IMG/VR virus record: IMGVR_UViG_3300012953_000016
Span: 32,001 to 96,000 of that record
Length of the DNA stretch: 64,000 nucleotides
Direction: 5' to 3' (one strand)
Source of the DNA: a virus
The notes below the pieces were generated by a model. The model was not told the DNA's origin. It made no database searches and saw only the letters and a program-made list of their open reading frames with translations. A program made the translations under genes and the position numbers. Shown here piece after piece: positions 57,401-64,000 of the stretch; position 1 is the stretch's first letter; every line of letters begins with the position of its first letter.

Positions 57401-60398
57401 GTGAACGAGCAGGAAGAGTCGTAGGGTATGAAACTAGGTGCCCATCCCCGCCTGAAAATGAACCTGTGACTTCGCCTTTTCCGCCCGGCGTGTACTTAGC
57501 TGAATTTGAAATATGAACCTTTGCCTGATTGTCGGCATGAATTTCAAGGTTCCCAACCTTACCAGGAATCGTTTGCCTTAATAGTACTCTATCTCCATCA
57601 TGATGAGCTTCGATTTGTAGGCCGGAATTATTTACTGCCTTTGCAAATAATCCATTTATCTGGTTCCGGCTGCGTATTCTTCTACCGGATCTAACCTCAG
57701 TGTTTGCAGGGTTTGTTATTTTCCCCCTATTAAACTCAAAAGTTTCGCTAGTGGTGTCTTCAACATTTACTGTCCAACGATCACCGGTTGAGTGACCAGA
57801 AAATGATCCCCACTTCAACCTTATATTATTACCTGATGCATCTTCATTATCAATATCATCAAAATACCAAAATAGCCCTGTATAATTTATAACAAATTTT
57901 ACCTGGCACTTACCCCATGAAACTGCAGAACCAGGTTTTATCTTAAACTGGATTGACTCTGTTGTGACGTTTATATCAGTTGTAGACAAGTGGGGTTCAT
58001 TAGCCATATATTCATACTTGTTCCCGGGAACCTCTTCAGCAACGTGTTTTAATTCTTTCTCTGTAAATTTATGGCCATCTGCAAACGGTGCATAGGACAT
58101 AACGCCATTCCACCGCCCATACGTCGCATCATATTCATACGTACCTGAATCTGATTCGCTGGCTCTATACCTCTGCGACGGCATCAACTCAAAAATAGTG
58201 TTTGAAACAGTCTCAGCGCTGCTTGAGGGATCTAAACCGTCGAATCTAACCCATGTAGGGGAAGAATCGCTGGGGTTGAGTGAATAATATATCGCATAAT
58301 ATTCGTCACTAGCATTAGGGTCTGCACCTACCCTAGATACATCGCCTCTTGCGTATACATCAATATCAAATTTTAAGGGTAGGGCGGAAGATGTAGTATC
58401 AATCTCATTTAGATCAATCACCTCCGTATATATAAATCCATCATCTTCTATATTCCCATATTTCGCGTTGGTAATCGTATAACTTTTCTTCGCATTACCG
58501 GTGCCAATATACATGTCAGGTGACCAGTCAGTCCAGTTATTCCTATACCGGTAATCTTCTAAATTTGCCTTACGCCACTTAAACTTATCAGGCTTAGGTA
58601 AACCGGTTAGGACCCACTGCCCTGTATTTACGGTCGTATTTTGATCATATACTAACTCCCCAGTCGTACCGTCTTCAGTCCCAGAGTCACTGTTCCATGG
58701 ATTAGGCCAGGTGATCTTTATACCTTCAAGTTTTTTCTCTACGCTCTCTGTCATAGTACCTGCAACTAAATTGCAACCAGTAATAAACTCTGCGTCTGAA
58801 GTTATTGGCATTTCAAATTCTAGGGATGATACATCTGGGTCCGCTACATATCCGGTGCCTGGATCAACCTCAAGTAGTACACTAAATGTGCCCAGCGATG
58901 GATCAGCACCGCCTATTGCACTGGCAGGTTCATCAGAGCCGATTGCAGTAGAATGAGGAATTCCAATAGTACCAATAGATATTGTTAGCCTATAATCATA
59001 CTCTGTAGAAAAACTATCAATCCCTGTATATGTAGGGTCACTCCACGAAATACCGGTCCATTGTCCGGACACTTCTGGATTGTCTGTGTCTTCAAAGGTA
59101 CCTGAAAATGTGGGTGTAGGCCAAGTAGAAGATTCTACTATCTCGATTTCGTAAACTTGTTCTCTGATCAGCTCCGAATTTGATTCAACAACTAAATCAT
59201 CAGTAACAGTACTTTTACCAGCTGTTGCAGGAAGCAAATCTATTGACCCTGCAGAGTCAAACAGTGTTATAGTACTAGCATCACGGGGGCGGGCATAGAA
59301 ATATAACCATGCTGTTGCATATGCAGAGTCAAATATAATTGTTTTCGAGTCATCAAACGGGACGGCTGGTTCATTACCTGATATGCCACCTGGTCCGGAG
59401 CGGGATATTGATGGGTATGATAAGGGTTCACAATCATACTCATGTTGAATGACTCTGACCGGTTTATTCAGGAACCCGGAGGTCATTCCGAGACTAGGGT
59501 ATACCTTATTATGATATACTGCCCTAACCGATTCTTCTGTTAATACATCATTCCAGACAACAAACTCATGAATTTCTCCATCTAGCAATCTAGATAGTGA
59601 TGTGTCATCGGGTGCTGCATTACCAATTATACATGATGACTGGTACCCTCCGGATACTCCTAAGAATGCTCCAAGTGCCGGATTCGAATTTGAAGGGTGT
59701 TTCTCTGATAATTGACATTCTGATCCATTAATATAAATCTTTGCAGAATTATCACATGATGATGCGTCATGCACAGCCGCTATATGGAACCATACATTCG
59801 GCTCAAATATATTGCTGCTAGTTGTTGCAACATAGTCATTATCAGCATAATCGACGCGGTAGCCTATAGAATTTGTTCTATAACCCTCAGCATCATTTAA
59901 CATACCTGTGTATGTAAATAATCTAATCCCATGACTACCGTATGTTGGATCCTGGCCTCCGAATTGTACTATCGTGCCACGATCACCTTCACCAGCTGAA
60001 ACTATTTTTACCCAAGCAGCAAAAGAAAATCTAGATGTACCGGTGGTGCCTATTATATTATCCCACACAGTGCTATACCCAATATCAATATAAGGTATTT
60101 CAGATGAGCTATATGTTTGCAAAAACTCTACTGATGTATGTACAGTACCTGGGCCGTCGTCCGTTATTCTTCTCTTGATGTTTCCGTAATATGTACCGTC
60201 ATATGAGCTATCTAAAGATGCATCAGCGACAGTAGTACCCGGGCTTATGCTGGATCCTTTGCTTTCAGAAAACTTATACCATGCGACTAGTGAACTAGCA
60301 TCGCCGTCAGTATAGTGCAGGTCTCCAATCTCTGGAGAAGATACTTTATATGATTCTGTTAGTTCATAGCTTTCTAATCTACGAGGTATTTTGGGCAT
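48468..60398 (-). CDS. Giant acidic virion protein with at least three LamG/ConA-like domains, 3976 aa
   Basis: Three LamG signatures: FSFAAWVK..WFHIAAV..IYING..GEIHEFVVWN; FSKSLWFK..WHHTVF..LWLDG..GSFSDFAVWS; FSFFTWVK..WHHVGF..IYVNG..GKMADVSLWN. Confidence 0.8.
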   Translation of the reverse strand: MPKIPRRLESYELTESYKVSSPEIGDLHYTDGDASSLVAWYKFSESKGSSISPGTTVADASLDSSYDGTYYGNIKRRITDDGPGTVHTSVEFLQTYSSSEIPYIDIGYSTVWDNIIGTTGTSRFSFAAWVKIVSAGEGDRGTIVQFGGQDPTYGSHGIRLFTYTGMLNDAEGYRTNSIGYRVDYADNDYVATTSSNIFEPNVWFHIAAVHDASSCDNSAKIYINGSECQLSEKHPSNSNPALGAFLGVSGGYQSSCIIGNAAPDDTSLSRLLDGEIHEFVVWNDVLTEESVRAVYHNKVYPSLGMTSGFLNKPVRVIQHEYDCEPLSYPSISRSGPGGISGNEPAVPFDDSKTIIFDSAYATAWLYFYARPRDASTITLFDSAGSIDLLPATAGKSTVTDDLVVESNSELIREQVYEIEIVESSTWPTPTFSGTFEDTDNPEVSGQWTGISWSDPTYTGIDSFSTEYDYRLTISIGTIGIPHSTAIGSDEPASAIGGADPSLGTFSVLLEVDPGTGYVADPDVSSLEFEMPITSDAEFITGCNLVAGTMTESVEKKLEGIKITWPNPWNSDSGTEDGTTGELVYDQNTTVNTGQWVLTGLPKPDKFKWRKANLEDYRYRNNWTDWSPDMYIGTGNAKKSYTITNAKYGNIEDDGFIYTEVIDLNEIDTTSSALPLKFDIDVYARGDVSRVGADPNASDEYYAIYYSLNPSDSSPTWVRFDGLDPSSSAETVSNTIFELMPSQRYRASESDSGTYEYDATYGRWNGVMSYAPFADGHKFTEKELKHVAEEVPGNKYEYMANEPHLSTTDINVTTESIQFKIKPGSAVSWGKCQVKFVINYTGLFWYFDDIDNEDASGNNIRLKWGSFSGHSTGDRWTVNVEDTTSETFEFNRGKITNPANTEVRSGRRIRSRNQINGLFAKAVNNSGLQIEAHHDGDRVLLRQTIPGKVGNLEIHADNQAKVHISNSAKYTPGGKGEVTGSFSGGDGHLVSYPTTLPARSQKSVENVIFWANRPDDDFSSDGYNVIATTDINLSLDINNNKLYRNSSNEITTSFLAGWDPENYLPDYDNDGIPDPTNGSTYNDGEYWFDESTSEVKRFDISLGWRTEDEFMADPGTGWLPIVGTLPEWNEQTWREYSEHNFVFPAYIESPWLNSNVMTPNVYSDDYERTLIESGLVTIGATRKGIADAGLRFTEDQTVFKKGPFIDDQIDIDIDNEFFEQGISPDVFEGFSSPLRSKMQFTIELPTDTPTSFGYDATNEGVPYGSQKYNSMVYYNFETKEWEKIGPGRHIKELRQPLSWDQALAAGYVTKDQWDKFVNENSLYDAGLAGSWGTLKDAEFQQTYFENACIGFSRGTEIIQSASMTAALPISNFGFPMHPKFHASPGQLLDMSNYIDKPFILEKFVLEFEADWSEGSDYSGRSIMFDVGPDGKIRRYNEDEKFNNKAAINSFFILNQRDWIGNYEYNSNSEPSRRWYPPRYDRNVVQNSSVPSKNMYMWDGSSYDYDESSALTAWFRFDTKETDGTGNYWFNSCVKADLNMDGVDDASSSGYGDTDDLAELKIINASSIELAEDSPWEFPPGAPTVWDTFPVASPHGDYTKSAKMSQSTTYMFSSLGDLAGKDPFESIPSTIAQDASGTGSDWFWNSDSGPTDGTPVQLETFTSNNQPGTWGYGFAFANDPTAPGTWQSEDITKNVRVYFGDKLYGVTTVRYKLIQAVANQYVNLNEPPDVGMEGKSYNNNTYAHEGLIFQVASAVDEYGYSISSPEYVDPDDWVNIIEHDPDYSMQGIWQDHASTIDPSTYNFNADSSGNTPWFVRWVQPGTSGWPDAWMITDMSAGSFSSFSKSLWFKTTNPGAKYSNLLTIASNKGAPNKIWLSIYKDGTLRFLVDNGLGRVYTRAKSADAVTDGLWHHTVFSFSSETQSFKLWLDGEFIGEYNLPQLTNDDGELLWRKGDSTEAAEAVTIGEANISVEDILQAGISSLSLNESYYGKWNTATESFDWDTINGTCSASDPAHENDSATCTGAGHTWTSRQARAASLQYSFVGLESKVIGGVSVTLTPEELMSAIGYNPAYPWYFESSDYVILGADVDWEDADDDNDVDLGELSYDNLYTGSFSDFAVWSTALDGIDAKAIYHMDSGVYKAGKNVDVSLNGNNPYFFDCPLEKDFEIRDSKGNYELSSKLLARYLVDPNNFNNLLVTGPVNAPAYIQGSAEWCDDGPWEYDKTISRTPDKYRYGMNFGASRFYARLPRANEYWPTVPSDIESWHNANHSTYPDFSFFTWVKVDGDIESNDPVIFSINTKLGNNRLIFMIDTADKARMKGVTPDGYRLQLHVQADANDTITTSELKLKCRTSASASPGTLPGISIDADDVTTRGWYKVITDTVRDNGSTEINDNQWHHVGFTHHIDPAHGSVWNIYVNGQKMSCHLATYHALPGSQNDIWRYAFDSDAASGGPGVAATAAGYDSRIWAPWRGAGWRTPDAQTGLATNSGSSVYWMRFQKLDDVSSVPGIDFSAVGGVYSPLHGEHSLEFDEMDRVSIGQEYDSRMLRRFKTTRRGARTYRTFRYRRPSQLFDGKMADVSLWNSRLTDGDIGQLYNARFGSSEGDKWFNIDYDSSGNEVPRKHTARTMVTYGQWTIHGSVNESPIDINDVLEAGLSREVNTFATYKSEVLKPIDGTSYTPPRYEFLDFDGSPSTNLFVSGTYVMEGTVKRPIKHNDGLSYVVGTRGGTNGYMSYYKTSHNGTRTGQENDIASARALFNAVPGKDIIDRYYDFGYEHKRYDHSNLNIFELENQDSPYILMPNDKLVFGWQSAEVFYNRWATTKGTGPHMTLGSNLRYSTRDGSEVKYTGAHDNSVNKLDVPIGTPGSIEWPAEDWHEWHGFRQTRMKITLFGSYIQDGKEKQGDLNQNLTSDAIHEALQFETPVHDKFELEDIGYNAGAYTDDVVSGSMSINERYGRKTLSITRENGRRRVDYGSNIARRKIASVAEHSQGSRGSMLRGVRVIDSFERYYDTVVASPAAYHGFNGNGILEWSSPWFNGGTKQRSLCFGEPRPSDMKVVVPEKTIIRCREEGWYEDLPQGVIKLTFSRLWTADYLYGNYSLPYYEHAPDSNTSGDKTVAYAKLHSVPWYISTEVKTDFLYAAHNNGTSPGKWFYQLADITSSYDPAQTVDGTRYEYKPYAAGQNYMFTTSKETISEIDKDNHLRETYFSIYDANGDLHVVHLDWGDVASPEASNNVITVSLEGWDTGDNGWSPGIPSSLLSEYNVDLDGTGGSANDSLDLIQKQYNDDITGWSSSSASDLNAIKLNEDDLHPSGDMYMPADALANRVGAAINSSSMFEVLEVESSPGVYAFEDAEYKVGYSTYSIYVRTISGGLTAADPSGTSNSTEGGGIPGIHYHSPEIDSSTLYRNYYRYISTNSAAIVSCKYLAPDLREEGPLAYNNWGMVQEISNDRITFTDSGTPDAGTLATTTVDTSSEGDGYDIGAIAGDIGLSSSVTGVSEYIQNLRPNNPDQFRRQLPVIEEKDGFERISDYTLDGCFMQIHDAKDNAYNIWYKLDDDNGQAPAPPTTSGILVTIDTVPPGAPASTIARETMLALSGSHSDKFELFYNDGDDYFTVLNTQDGSTKDADSTIMGLPTTTGFYLTDESGAEYDNQTIRWSWTGGIGFFSFAAQAVDTESYAVGKTPEDPAGEEYWHGDPIQEGVDPYHVNTNSTIDAYWLGSYPFEPKYSSLKRGRTNKDNTSWNVTEWDDETGEFVETTTEQTGFSSIIITGSNMPSIINDPTLEAVDENGALLSTGSSYPVLTVIGDGSPQPIGSRYDISAKTSENFLKFYFGTGDNWQKNPSIEIVTIYSDGYDWPSAIPKIRGWKYGLRSALPENTNAVYSHNSYGQFRDLLEQRKDSRFYRKFSRGPWAGRSLVTSAPVRCRFVSEDGVLTTPEKTWSQNLSRFCTSSLPYFDDGRPRNREYPINEDELNTVFTTIKG

Positions 60399-60552
60399 CT
60401 CTTTTGTCCTATCTCACGAGGCTATCAATATTATAATCTAAATTTAGCTATTGTTATCTGATTAATCATAACGTCGCTTGGTGTACATAATTTTACTTTC
60501 ATACACAAATAATTAGGACTTTCGATAGAAAGTAGGCTTGTATTTACAAGAC

Positions 60553-60580
60553 AAAAAAAAGACCCCGCCGGAGCGGGGCC
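60553..60580 (-). terminator. Rho-independent terminator
   Basis: Minus strand GGCCCCGC-TCCG-GCGGGGTC followed by T8. Confidence 0.9.
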
Positions 60581-61115
60581 TGACGTTTTACCGCCTGTTA
60601 ACTTATTTTCCTCGGGGCTTACGCCCTTTCCTTGCTATCTCCCCCGCCTCTCGACAGGTTCGGTAATTGTTTAAGTCAACTCCTATTCCCATAGGGATTG
60701 GGTTGATGTAATTTTCCTGGATGAAAAATTAAAATATTGTCTCCAATATCCCAAACAGCAGGGTCTCTTGTTCTTGTACTTAATTTCTTGACCTGATGAT
60801 TAAAAGTTTTAATAGAGCCTATTAAGCTCGCTGTAGAATTTTGAATTTGTAACTTATCACGAAGAAAATTTTATTCGTCACCGAACACAACCAACCGTAA
60901 TTGAGTAATTCTATCCACAATTTCATTTATTCTTCATTCCCTTACTCTCGTTCCTCCTCCTAGCCCTGCTGCCGCTCCTAAACAAATGCGACAGCGCAAA
61001 TAATCCCATGGTGTTCAACCAGTTGCCCAATTGTACATAGTTATCATAAGACAGTCTATCTTAATAAGAAAGCTATTGGAATCTTTACCTCCTCAGATTG
61101 CTAATGACCTGATCA
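60553..61115 (-). ncRNA. Candidate large structured non-coding RNA (~550 nt), family not recognised
   Basis: No credible ORF; at least seven helices, three GNRA-capped hairpins, G-U pairs that work only on the minus strand, a 10-bp long-range helix, and a terminator at the 3' end. The 5' end is uncertain. Confidence 0.6.
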
Positions 61116-61132
61116 TATATATTGCACCGGAG

Positions 61133-64000
61133 TTATTTTTTCCAACCGCCAAACGTAATACTATCAGTTCCAGATGGCATATCGTTATATATCATTCCAG
61201 CAGCAGACGAAATGTGATCATGAGGACGCAATTCGCTAGTAGACATATTCATTGATGATACAACATCATTGACATGAGGGCCAGAAGAATATCCTCCACT
61301 AAAATTATTCCCTAATACGTTACCCTTAACATCTTCATTGTAGTGATGGAATGTTACGTCTGTATTTCCAGTGGGGCCTGGGCTACCTTGTATCAATCTT
61401 ATACCACATAATTTGTCATGATAAAAATATGTGTTACGTTCCTCAAGTGTGGGGCTGAGTATGAACGTATTCAAAAACACATCACTGCTAGAGAATTTTA
61501 CATATGGCATCCCGGTGTTCACAGTTGTTTTTATAAGGCCTGTTTCAAGCGTTGAAGTCGGGTCTTGGTACAAATTATTCCCTGCGCTATCTGTTGCATG
61601 TTGAGTTATATTATCATAAAGCATAGTGGCCGTTATATCAAGCGACGAATTGTTTATTTTCTCTGTCGTTGCCTGTAAAAGCTGTTTAAACGTTTTATGT
61701 CCACCGATGTCAACATTTTCATCCTGATCCATGGAAAACGTGCGAATGTCTGAGACGTCCGTTGGGACGCTTGAATAACCTGGTTCATGGATAGAAGGTA
61801 TTACGTCCCGGTTGACTTTGTGATAGCCTAAGTTTCTGGAAGTTATCTTTAATGTGAAATGACCCCTAGACCAACCATTTTGAAGTGCTTCCTCAATAGG
61901 TGGTGAATCAGGATCATATGCATATTGGTTAAACCAGTCAGGCGTTATCTTTACAAGTCTCTCAGAATCATAATCTGCTGTAAACCATGTACCGGCAACA
62001 GGTTCGCCAGCTGGCCAGCCGTCGTCGGGAACACCTGCCGGTAAATCGATATCAATCAAGTCCCACATATCTTCATATGCAGGAGGCTTTATGTATTCAC
62101 ATATAAATACCTTTGATTGGTTCGGGTTTCTAAATTTCCTGACTGCACGAAGGGTTTTTGACATCAGCCTCTTGATAGAATCAGTATTATTGACTACAAC
62201 CTCAATTAATTGTGGGTTTAGTTTCTCATAATTTTCCCAACCCTCAAAGGCATGCCACTGAAATTCATTTAGGTTTGCTTGCTCATAGCCGCCTGCAATA
62301 ATCCATTCATCAAAATCTGAAATCCCATCGCCACTAGTATCTGCCGGATGAGGCAAACCCGTATATGCGGCTATCGTCTCGCCGGCGTCAGAGGTATATA
62401 ATCCCTGGCCAAGGGTATCGATACTCATTGTTTGGGTATCCGGATCTGGATCCCAACCGGTACCTTTATCAAAATCGTCTGGTGGAATATCACCATCAGA
62501 GTCGTACTTGGGGCGGGCACACTGGATTGTTAACCCTGAATCATTGGACCACCGGGGTGGCTTTACAACTCGAGTTACATATATTTCCTCAGCAATCGCC
62601 CATTCACTCTCAGATGATGTACCAGGGTACCCTAGCTCAATAGCAGTCTTATAGCCAGATGTTACTTCATCATAATATAAAATTGTCTCTGAATCTATGT
62701 AGGCATCAAATTCAGGTGCGGTGCTACCCGGAATAGGTGTAGGGTCACCATCAGCGTTTAATTCTAGGGGATCAACAACGTTGAACCATACTGCATATCT
62801 TCCTCCGGAAACTGTATTAAGAACATGGTCTGTGCTTTCGTCTATTGCATCAGTTATAACAAAGTGTTTTCCTGCGTAATCCTCTACACTAGGGACAGAT
62901 GTTGTTATATCGGAAGGTTCAACTAGATCAGGAACAAACTCATAATATAGTGCCCACTCTTCCTCGGTAAGATCTACAAACATTATATCATCTTTGTCGA
63001 CATAAGGTGCAAAATCTGAGGCAGGTGTCGGCGCCGTTGAGTATGCCGCGAAACTGTTTGTGCCGTCCGTCCATAGCTTGTTTCCTAGCGTGTCTCTTTT
63101 TTGAAATGTATTATCAACATCAGGAAATCTTATGTAGTAAGTTTCAGGGCGTAGGATTGAGATTAGCTCTTCCCCATCATTCTCTAATATACCATCATTA
63201 TCAAATTCAAAGCGCTTTTTACTGCCGGAAGAATCTTCTAATGTAAATGCCTGCCCATTTAATGTTCGGAGGTATTCTATTTCCCAATTAGGTGATGGCG
63301 TCCAGGTGTGGGCAGCACCCTCACATGCTGCTTGATCTGTATTATGTGCTGTAACCCCACTTGAACAAGATCCATACGTTTCATCTATTACCTGACCTGA
63401 ATAGTTGAATACTAAAGAACCGGAAGCATATAGGCTACTATCGTCTAGATCTTTTAAGTTGTTAGTAACATGCTCTTTGTATGTTGTTTCTACAAACGGA
63501 CTAATCTTAGATTCTTGCCAGGTTAGGTAACCAGGGAGGGGAGCACAGCCGACTGAATCTTCGTGGGTTTTAGCTATAGCCTCGAATTGCCATACATCAC
63601 CTGAATTGTGGCCCTGGTTATTGTCAAAAACTGCATATAATCCATGATCTAGATCAAGCCTGCCCGCGCGTCGCGCGAAGAGAAACGACAATTTCACCGC
63701 ATTAATCAGTCCGATATCAGCGGTGACCGCGGGGGAGGACCACACACGAAACTTAATCGTGGAGGCTGTAAAGAACGGTATTATGGGTGATGGGGTCGTG
63801 GGTGTAGATGAATAAGTCCAGTGGGGAGTCTGTGTGTATTCATGAGTTGCATCTTCGCCTGCAGGGTGCGAGTCATTATTCAATTGAATTATTCCACCAT
63901 CATCAATATCTATCCATGCAGAGCCGTCATGAAACTGAATTTTATAATACTCGGTAGGGTCATTAATGTCGCCGCGGCCAAAGGCTTTAAGCGTAACAGC
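61133..64000 (-). CDS. C-terminal part of a large acidic virion protein (5' end outside the window)
   Basis: The frame of the 916-aa ORF stays open to base 64000 (AVTLKAFGRGDINDPTEYYKIQFHDG...); shares several modules with the 3976-aa protein. Confidence 0.85.
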   Translation of the reverse strand, partial: AVTLKAFGRGDINDPTEYYKIQFHDGSAWIDIDDGGIIQLNNDSHPAGEDATHEYTQTPHWTYSSTPTTPSPIIPFFTASTIKFRVWSSPAVTADIGLINAVKLSFLFARRAGRLDLDHGLYAVFDNNQGHNSGDVWQFEAIAKTHEDSVGCAPLPGYLTWQESKISPFVETTYKEHVTNNLKDLDDSSLYASGSLVFNYSGQVIDETYGSCSSGVTAHNTDQAACEGAAHTWTPSPNWEIEYLRTLNGQAFTLEDSSGSKKRFEFDNDGILENDGEELISILRPETYYIRFPDVDNTFQKRDTLGNKLWTDGTNSFAAYSTAPTPASDFAPYVDKDDIMFVDLTEEEWALYYEFVPDLVEPSDITTSVPSVEDYAGKHFVITDAIDESTDHVLNTVSGGRYAVWFNVVDPLELNADGDPTPIPGSTAPEFDAYIDSETILYYDEVTSGYKTAIELGYPGTSSESEWAIAEEIYVTRVVKPPRWSNDSGLTIQCARPKYDSDGDIPPDDFDKGTGWDPDPDTQTMSIDTLGQGLYTSDAGETIAAYTGLPHPADTSGDGISDFDEWIIAGGYEQANLNEFQWHAFEGWENYEKLNPQLIEVVVNNTDSIKRLMSKTLRAVRKFRNPNQSKVFICEYIKPPAYEDMWDLIDIDLPAGVPDDGWPAGEPVAGTWFTADYDSERLVKITPDWFNQYAYDPDSPPIEEALQNGWSRGHFTLKITSRNLGYHKVNRDVIPSIHEPGYSSVPTDVSDIRTFSMDQDENVDIGGHKTFKQLLQATTEKINNSSLDITATMLYDNITQHATDSAGNNLYQDPTSTLETGLIKTTVNTGMPYVKFSSSDVFLNTFILSPTLEERNTYFYHDKLCGIRLIQGSPGPTGNTDVTFHHYNEDVKGNVLGNNFSGGYSSGPHVNDVVSSMNMSTSELRPHDHISSAAGMIYNDMPSGTDSITFGGWKK

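Noticed and set aside
60793-60820. CTGATGA followed by a stem on the plus strand, resembling a hammerhead core
   Set aside because: The stem is followed by TAGAG rather than GAAA, and wobble pairs in the region favour the minus strand.
60600-61050. Short minus-strand ORFs (28 aa MGLFALSH..., 34 aa MKLWIELL...) and a protein-like frame broken by TGA and TAA
   Set aside because: No consistent SD-start pairing; reading through TGA still hits TAA; the helix pattern explains the region better. A decayed gene is not fully excluded.
61133-63883. TTG start of the 916-aa ORF
   Set aside because: The frame is open to the window edge, so the true start is outside the window.
1-64000. CRISPR arrays, tRNA, rRNA, IS elements, inteins, DGR or reverse transcriptase
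   Set aside because: No repeat-spacer arrays, cloverleafs, transposase, intein termini or RT motifs were seen by eye; terminase, primase and portal cores are of normal length.

Overview
The window is a 64 kb, single-strand (all genes on the minus strand) slice of the virion-morphogenesis region of a large T4-like myovirus, probably a jumbo phage. In transcription order (right to left) it holds: a partial very large acidic virion protein; a ~550 nt non-coding, structured interval ending in an intrinsic terminator; a 3976-aa multi-LamG adhesin or fibre-like protein; a collagen-repeat protein; several baseplate/fibre-like proteins, one split by an in-frame TAA; an embedded DNA-metabolism cassette (RuvC-like resolvase, DnaG/gp61-like primase, SbcD-SbcC single-chain fusion); large terminase, portal, prohead protease, small head proteins, scaffold and major capsid protein; two decoration-like paralogs; gp13/gp14/gp15-like neck proteins; and two tandem tail-sheath paralogs (the second runs off the left edge and is not in the ORF track). 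The most notable observations are the candidate large structured ncRNA at ~60.55-61.1 kb, nested domain insertions shared across virion proteins, the TAA-interrupted gene at 36477-37190, the duplicated sheath, the Mre11-Rad50 fusion, a recurring ATA(T/C/G)TTA upstream motif, and no TGA stop among 33 genes. All product calls come from motif recognition by eye; no database search was run.
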